Shown: positions 6,733-11,721 of the stretch, in pieces
Layout of the letters: every line of letters starts with the position of its first letter
Numbering within the stretch: the stretch's first letter is position 1
NCBI GenBank assembly: GCA_046262595.1
Contig: JBHEMM010000004.1
Location: 1-11,721, forward strand
Direction: 5' to 3'
Origin: Vulcanimicrobiaceae bacterium
GTDB taxonomy: Bacteria > Vulcanimicrobiota > Vulcanimicrobiia > Vulcanimicrobiales > Vulcanimicrobiaceae
Length of the DNA: 11,721 nt
Position numbers and translations under genes: made by a program
Notes under the pieces: model-generated
Told to the model about the DNA's origin: nothing
Seen by the model: the letters and a program-made list of their open reading frames with translations, nothing else
The model's database searches: none

Positions 6733-7480
6733 CGCGCAGATCGCGGACGTCCGCGATCTGCGCGAAAAAAAAGGGCGCCGCGCGCAGGGCCGGTTCGCAT
6801 TCGAAGGGCCCACGCTCTTGGACGAAGCAATGGCTGCCGGCGCGCAGGTGCACGCCGTCTATGCCACCGCGCAGGCGTACGAGCGGTTTGCGCAACCCCG
6901 GACCGCCGAGCGCGCGGGGATCCCGGTCTATCTCATCGACAAGCGCAGCCTGGCCCGCATCTCCGATGTTGCGACCCCCGCCGGCGTGGTATCCGTGAGC
7001 AGCATAGCCGACGTTCCGGCCGCCTCCCTTTTCGAATCGGACGGCCTGGTGGCGATCCTCGCGGGTGTGGCCGATCCCGGCAACGCCGGCACGCTTCTGC
7101 GCGCGGCGGAGGCCTTCGGGGTCGATCGCGTGCTCTTCAGCGGCGATGGCGTGGAACCGCACCACCCGAAGGTCGTGCGCAGCGCCATGGGCGCGCTTTT
7201 CCGGCTGCGCATTGCGGCCGCGCGGCCGGCCCAGGCGGCCGGCCTGATCTCCGGCTGGACGGTCACCGGCCTCGATGCCTCCGGCGAGCCGATTCCGGGC
7301 CTGCGCTGGCCCTCGCGCAGCGCCCTGGTGGTCGGCAGCGAACGGCGCGGCCTGGGCCCTTGGGCGCCGCTGTGCACGCGCCTGGCCGCCATTCCGATGC
7401 GCGGCCACGCGGAGAGCCTCAACGCCGCGGTGGCCGGCGCAATCGGCTTATACGAAGCGGCCAAACGCCTTCAAACTTAA
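6707..7480 (+). CDS. TrmH/SpoU-family RNA 2'-O-methyltransferase (YsgA/TsnR-like)
   Basis: N-terminal substrate-binding domain (GRFAFEG...VATPAGV). SPOUT motifs DPGNAGTLLRAAEAFG, VGSERRGL and IPMRGHAESLNAAVA. It occupies the usual position upstream of pheS. Confidence 0.93.
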   Translation: MPVPLGAHNAQIADVRDLREKKGRRAQGRFAFEGPTLLDEAMAAGAQVHAVYATAQAYERFAQPRTAERAGIPVYLIDKRSLARISDVATPAGVVSVSSIADVPAASLFESDGLVAILAGVADPGNAGTLLRAAEAFGVDRVLFSGDGVEPHHPKVVRSAMGALFRLRIAAARPAQAAGLISGWTVTGLDASGEPIPGLRWPSRSALVVGSERRGLGPWAPLCTRLAAIPMRGHAESLNAAVAGAIGLYEAAKRLQT

Positions 7481-7520
7481 AAGGCGGCACTTCGCGCATG
7501 GCTTGTCAAGAGAGTCGGAT

Positions 7521-7556
7521 CGGGTCAAAAAGTCAAGACTACCGGGTGCAAAAGTC
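7521..7556. repeat. Imperfect 14-bp direct repeat, 22-bp period
   Basis: CGGGTCAAAAAGTC (7521-7534) and CGGGTGCAAAAGTC (7543-7556) are 12/14 identical. Confidence 0.55.
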
Positions 7557-7559
7557 GCA

Positions 7560-7568
7560 TGCTATACT
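7560..7568 (+). promoter_or_regulatory. Extended -10 promoter element (primary sigma)
   Basis: TG-C-TATACT matches TGnTATAAT with one mismatch. There is no good -35. It implies a start site near 7575, upstream of the small ORF and pheST. Confidence 0.6.
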
Positions 7569-7628
7569 GCTCCCATTCGCATGCGGACATGCGGGCACCA
7601 GTCGCAGAAAAGGAGACCGACAAAGCCG

Positions 7629-7733
7629 ATGGCGACCTCCGACTTCTTTTGGAAACTGTTCAAAGACACGGGTTCCATCAACGCCTATTTGATTTACCGG
7701 CAGTTGCATCCGACTGCAGCGGCGGTTACGTAA
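7629..7733 (+). CDS. YqzL-like small protein / possible pheST leader peptide (34 aa)
   Basis: MATSDFFWKLFKDTGSINAYLIYRQLHPTAAAVT, with SD AAAGGAG at 7609-7615. The W-x2-F-x2-TG-x-I-x2-YL pattern matches my recollection of the YqzL family. It is the tail of track ORF 7275..7733. Confidence 0.8.
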   Translation: MATSDFFWKLFKDTGSINAYLIYRQLHPTAAAVT

Positions 7734-7759
7734 AGGAACCCTTCGAAAGATTTGTCTTG

Positions 7760-7793
7760 AAGCGCCCGGAATGAACCCCGGGCGTTTTTATTT
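7760..7793 (+). terminator. Intrinsic terminator between the small ORF and pheS
   Basis: AAGCGCCCGG(7760-7769)-AATGAACC-CCGGGCGTTT(7778-7787), followed by TTATTT. It ends 12 nt before the pheS ATG. Confidence 0.85.
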
Positions 7794-7805
7794 GAACGGA
7801 AGTTG

Positions 7806-8843
7806 ATGAACGATTTAGACCAATCGCTTCAAGCGGTACAAGAAAAGTTTGAAACGGCGCTTGCGGCCGCGGGCACCGCCGACGAACTGCAGGCGGTGCG
7901 CGTCGCATTTTTGGGACGCAGTGGCGAAGTGACCGCCGTGCGCCGCGGCATCGGCGCGCTCGCGCCATCCGAGCGTCCCTCCGCGGGCAAGATCATCAAC
8001 CAGACGGTAGACGCGATGGAAGCGCGCCTGGCGCAGAGCGCCGCGCGGCTCGAGGCGCGCGCATTCGAGGAACAGCTCGCGCACAAGATCGATGTAACTT
8101 TTCCGGCGACGCGTCCGGCGATCGGGAGCATTCATCCGATCCGGCGCGTTATCGACGACGTCTGCCGTTACTTTCAAAGCCACGGTTTCGCGGTGGTGCT
8201 GGGGCCGGAGATCGAACCGGAATATTACAATTTCGACGCGCTCAATATTCCGCCCGACCATCCGGCGCGCGAGGGTTTCGACTCGTTCTTTCTAAACGGC
8301 TCGCTGCTGCTGCGGCCCCACACCTCGCCGATGCAGATCCGCACGATGCAGCATCACCGCCCGCCCGTTGCCGTCGTCGTGCCGGGGCGGTGTTACCGCC
8401 GCGATGCCGTCGACGCGCGTCATCTCTTCCAGTTCACGCAGATCGAAGGTCTGCTCGTGGCTCAAGACGTGCACTTCGGGCATCTCAAAGGCATGCTTTC
8501 CGGAATGTGCCGCGAGCTGTTCGGCGCGCATCAGCAAGTGCGTTTCCGCCCGTCGTTCTTTCCGTTCACCGAACCGAGCGCCGAAGTAGACACCACGTGT
8601 CCGCTGTGCGCGGGATCGGGCGGCCCGTGCCGGATGTGCGGCGGTTCGAAATGGATCGAGCTGGGCGGAGCCGGCATGGTGCATCCCAACGTCTTGCGCA
8701 ACATGGATTACGATCCGGCCACGTATTCGGGCTGGGCGTTTGGTTTCGGCGTCGAGCGCATGGCGCTGGTGCGCTACGATATCGACGACATCCGGCGCTT
8801 CTACGAAAACGATCCCGGCTTCTTGGAGCAACTCGCGTGCTAG
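7806..8843 (+). CDS. pheS: Phenylalanine--tRNA ligase alpha subunit
   Basis: NFDALNIPPDHPAR, LLRPHTSPMQIR, FTQIEGL, RFRPSFFPFTEPSAEVD, WIELGGAGMVHPNVL and FGFGVERMAL, plus a CxxC...CxxC insertion. ATG 7806 is preferred over TTG 7803. Confidence 0.99.
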   Translation: MNDLDQSLQAVQEKFETALAAAGTADELQAVRVAFLGRSGEVTAVRRGIGALAPSERPSAGKIINQTVDAMEARLAQSAARLEARAFEEQLAHKIDVTFPATRPAIGSIHPIRRVIDDVCRYFQSHGFAVVLGPEIEPEYYNFDALNIPPDHPAREGFDSFFLNGSLLLRPHTSPMQIRTMQHHRPPVAVVVPGRCYRRDAVDARHLFQFTQIEGLLVAQDVHFGHLKGMLSGMCRELFGAHQQVRFRPSFFPFTEPSAEVDTTCPLCAGSGGPCRMCGGSKWIELGGAGMVHPNVLRNMDYDPATYSGWAFGFGVERMALVRYDIDDIRRFYENDPGFLEQLAC

Positions 8844-11194
8844 TTCCCATCGGCTGGCTGCGCGACTACGTCCAGCTGCCCGACGATCCGCATGCGATCG
8901 CGCAGATGCTCGCGCAAATCGGTTTCCCGGTGGAGTCGGTCGACGAGCGGCCGCGGATAACGGGCGTGGTCGTGGGGCGCATCGCGGATCTTGGAAAGCA
9001 TCCGAATGCCGACCGCCTGCAAGTCGGCACGATCGACATCGGCAACGGCGCCGCGCTCACCATCGCGACGGCCGCGACAAACGTGGCGGCCGGGCAAACG
9101 ATTCCGGTTGCCGTGATCGGGGCGCAGCTTCCGAATCTGAAGATCGAACGCCGCAAGATGCGCGGACTCGAATCCGAAGGCATGATGATCTCTGCGGAAG
9201 AGCTCGCGCTCCCCGCGGAGTGGTTCGAAGACGGCATCATGCAGCTCGAACCGGCGCTGGCGCCGGGAACGGACGTGGTCGAGCATTTCCGCTTGAGCGA
9301 CGCCGTGCTCGATGTCGAAGTGACGGGCAACCGCGTGGATGCCATGTCGATCACCGGCTTGGCGCGCGAACTGGCCGCATTCCAGGGCATTCCCTTGCGT
9401 TTGCCGCAGACGCCGGCGCTGGAACCGGGCGGCACGGGCATTCGCGTGAGTCTTGAATCGGAGGACTGCATGCAATTCGTCGGCGCACGCATCGACGATG
9501 TGCGCACCGGCGCCTCGCCCGCGTGGATGCGATTGCGTCTCGCGCTGGCCGGTCAGCGGCCCGTCGGCAACCTTGTCGACATCTCGAACTACGTGATGCT
9601 CGAAACCGGTCAACCGCTGCATTTTTACGATGCGCAAAAAGTGGCGGACGCGCATCTTATCGTGCGTGACGGCGGCGACGACGAACGCCTGCAGACTCTG
9701 GACGGAAAAGAGCGCGAGATTTCACCGAACGATCTGCTCGTTGCAACGCTAAGCGAACCGGCAGCTTTCGCCGGCTTGATGGGCGGAGCCGCCACGGAAG
9801 TGAGCGCGGCCACGCAGAGCATTCTGCTGGAAAGCGCCACGTTTTCCGGGCCGCGCGTGCGCCGTATGAGTGCGCGTCACGGCTTGCGAACCGAGGCCTC
9901 CACGCGCAACGAAAAAACGCTGCCGCCGGCTCTTGCGCACACGGGCGCCGCGCGCGCCGTACAGCTGCTTACGGCGCAAGGCGCGCATGTGCGCGGCGTT
10001 GCGTTCGCGGGCGAGGCGCAGACGGCTGCGCCGTCCGTGCACTTCGAATTGCGCGAGGTGAAACGGCTGCTGGGTTTTTCGCTCACGCTGCAGGAGACCA
10101 GCGAGTATTTAGATCGCCTTGGCTTTGTTACGCAGACCGCCGGCGAGAATGCGTTATCCGTCACGCCGCCGCCGTGGCGGCGCGATGTCTCAATCGCCGC
10201 CGACATCGTGGAAGAGCTCGCGCGAATGGCCGGTTATGAACGCATTGAAGCCGTCATTCCTTCGGTTGCCGCGCACGATATCCGCAGCGACGTCTACCGC
10301 TTGGAGACGCGCATCGCCCGTTCGCTCGCGGCGCTCGGATACAACGAGATCGTCACGATCGCGCTGCACGGCGCGCAGGTCATCGACAAACTCCGCGCTG
10401 CCGGATTTGCGCCGGGCAGCACGCCGGTCGAAGTTCTCAATCCGCTCTCGGAAGATCAGCGCTATCTGCGCTTCTCGCTGGGGCCCGCGCATCTGCAGTA
10501 TTTCGCGCGTTTGGACCGTCCCGCACGCGCGTTCGAGATCGGCCACGTGTTTCATCAGGACGACGGCGGCCCGATGGAAGCGCCGCTCGTCGCGTTTTCG
10601 TTTGCCGCGGAACCGCAAGACGAGCCGGCGTGGCGCGACTCCTCATTCTTGAAGATCAAAGGGGACGCTGAAGCGCTGCTGCACGCGCTTACCGGCAGGC
10701 GTGATGTCGAATGGGCGCCCGACCAGCGCAACGGCGCGCATCCGGGCAAAACGGCCGCAGGATTACTCGACGGGCGCGAAGCGGCATTCGTGTGCCAAGT
10801 CGATCCGCGCATGCAGCAGGCGTTCGGCGTTCGTCTTGCGGTGTACGGATGCTGGATATATCTGCAGCGCATTCCGGAATTTCTGACGCCGCGGTATGCG
10901 GCGCCCTCGAAGTATCCTGGAACGTATCGCGATCTCGCCCTGGTGTGCGATCCGGACGTGGCCGCCGGCGCCATTGAAACGGCGATCCGGGAATCGATCG
11001 GCGGGATGTGCACGGGCGCGCGCACGTTCGATGAATACCGCGGCCCGCAGATCGCCGCAGGCAAGAAAAGTTTGGCGGTTCGCGTGACGCTGGTGCGCGA
11101 CGATCGCACGATTACCGATGAGGATGCGGATAAGGCCGTCGAACTGGCGCTCGCCCGCGTGCGCGACGAGTTCGGCGTGGCGCTGCGAACCTGA
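8837..11194 (+). CDS. pheT: Phenylalanine--tRNA ligase beta subunit
   Basis: GTG 8837 (MLVPIGWLRDYV) overlaps the pheS end, with SD GGAG at 8825-8828. Motifs: HPNADRL, RGLESEGM, VDISNYVMLETGQPLHFYD, PPWRRDV...DIVEELAR, SKYP..YRDLA, GKKSLA. 785 aa. Confidence 0.98.
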   Translation: MLVPIGWLRDYVQLPDDPHAIAQMLAQIGFPVESVDERPRITGVVVGRIADLGKHPNADRLQVGTIDIGNGAALTIATAATNVAAGQTIPVAVIGAQLPNLKIERRKMRGLESEGMMISAEELALPAEWFEDGIMQLEPALAPGTDVVEHFRLSDAVLDVEVTGNRVDAMSITGLARELAAFQGIPLRLPQTPALEPGGTGIRVSLESEDCMQFVGARIDDVRTGASPAWMRLRLALAGQRPVGNLVDISNYVMLETGQPLHFYDAQKVADAHLIVRDGGDDERLQTLDGKEREISPNDLLVATLSEPAAFAGLMGGAATEVSAATQSILLESATFSGPRVRRMSARHGLRTEASTRNEKTLPPALAHTGAARAVQLLTAQGAHVRGVAFAGEAQTAAPSVHFELREVKRLLGFSLTLQETSEYLDRLGFVTQTAGENALSVTPPPWRRDVSIAADIVEELARMAGYERIEAVIPSVAAHDIRSDVYRLETRIARSLAALGYNEIVTIALHGAQVIDKLRAAGFAPGSTPVEVLNPLSEDQRYLRFSLGPAHLQYFARLDRPARAFEIGHVFHQDDGGPMEAPLVAFSFAAEPQDEPAWRDSSFLKIKGDAEALLHALTGRRDVEWAPDQRNGAHPGKTAAGLLDGREAAFVCQVDPRMQQAFGVRLAVYGCWIYLQRIPEFLTPRYAAPSKYPGTYRDLALVCDPDVAAGAIETAIRESIGGMCTGARTFDEYRGPQIAAGKKSLAVRVTLVRDDRTITDEDADKAVELALARVRDEFGVALRT

Positions 11195-11199
11195 ACGGC

Positions 11200-11721
11200 G
11201 TGAGTTGGCCCGACATCCTGATGGCCGCGATTCTGGCGATCCTGACGCTCAAAGGATTCAAGCGCGGCTTCATCCTCGAACTTTCCGGCGCAGTCGCGCT
11301 GTTTCTTTCGCTCGTCACGCCGTGGTTTTACAACGGCTCCCTCGATAGGCCGCTGGAAAACATTATTCACACCGGGCCGGGCGCCTCGCACGTCATCGCG
11401 CTTTTCTGCGTCGGCGCCGGAACGTATCTCGCGGTGATGCTGCTCGCACGCGTGCTCAACGCCGTTGCGAAATTGCCGGTGCTCGGCCTGGGGAATGCCC
11501 TTGCGGGCGGCGCCGTCGGGCTGCTTAAAGCGTGCGTTTTTCTTTGGCTGCTGCTCTACGTCGCGCTGTTCTTCCCGCTCTCGCCGGAGATCCGCGGCGA
11601 TTTCCACCGCTCCGTTCTGGTACAGTTCTTCACGCGGCCCGACGCGGGCATCGACGCGAAGATCAGCGCGACGTTGCCGTGGTTGGCGCGGCCGCTGCTT
11701 CGTCCGCTTTTCGATCGGCAT
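11200..11721 (+). CDS. cvpA: CvpA (colicin V production) family membrane protein, 3'-truncated
   Basis: Translated by hand from GTG 11200: MSWPDILMAAILAILTLKGFKRGFILELSGAVALFLSL...LGLGNALAGGAVGLLKA. It has the typical D...GxxRGF..E and N..xGG..G motifs and is open to the window end. It is absent from the ORF track. Confidence 0.9.
   Translation, partial: MSWPDILMAAILAILTLKGFKRGFILELSGAVALFLSLVTPWFYNGSLDRPLENIIHTGPGASHVIALFCVGAGTYLAVMLLARVLNAVAKLPVLGLGNALAGGAVGLLKACVFLWLLLYVALFFPLSPEIRGDFHRSVLVQFFTRPDAGIDAKISATLPWLARPLLRPLFDRH

Noticed and set aside
7481..7509. Minus-strand TTGACA (7509-7504) as an antisense promoter into the TrmH-family gene
   Set aside because: There is no -10 element at 16-18 bp spacing (it reads CGCCTT).
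7509..7793. T-box riboswitch upstream of pheS (AGAGAG at 7509, GGTGCAA at 7545, GGCGGTTACG at 7721 resembling GGTGGTACCG)
   Set aside because: The essential UGGN bulge reads CGGU, and I could not build a Stem I with a UUC specifier. The stem-I-like words lie upstream of the predicted promoter, and the interval is occupied by an ORF with an SD. At most this is a decayed remnant; cmsearch would settle it.
8598..8645. CPLC...CRMC Cys cluster in PheS as a novelty
   Set aside because: This zinc-knuckle-like insertion is common in PheS from Bacillota and other phyla.
8390..8836. 149-aa N-terminal extension of PheT in the ORF track
   Set aside because: It lies inside pheS in another frame. The real start is GTG 8837, with an SD and the canonical N-terminus.
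10555..11721. 388-aa minus-strand ORF
   Set aside because: It is antisense to pheT and to the CvpA-family gene, both of which have clear family motifs.

Overview
High-GC bacterial chromosomal window built on the translation-gene backbone rplT ... TrmH-family methyltransferase - small YqzL-like ORF - pheS - pheT - CvpA-family gene. The gene order is Bacillota/Terrabacteria-like; the taxon cannot be fixed from sequence alone. About 6.3 kb of accessory genes lie between rplT and the TrmH gene: a PAS-PAS-GAF-PP2C(SpoIIE)-HATPase signalling protein, an ECF sigma factor coupled to a zinc-finger transmembrane anti-sigma, a secreted beta-lactamase/PBP-fold protein, a small unknown protein, a NudF-like Nudix hydrolase and a 2-TM mini-protein. 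Two observations stand out. (1) The pheST leader has no recognisable T-box. It has a 34-aa ORF with a Phe-Phe-x3-Phe cluster, competing RNA pairings and an intrinsic terminator just before pheS, which makes it a candidate translation-coupled Phe attenuator using a YqzL-like ORF. (2) The beta-lactamase-fold protein behind the ECF/anti-sigma pair has lost all three catalytic motifs but kept an intact frame and scaffold, which makes it a candidate pseudoenzyme sensor. No mobile element, CRISPR array or RNA gene was seen.
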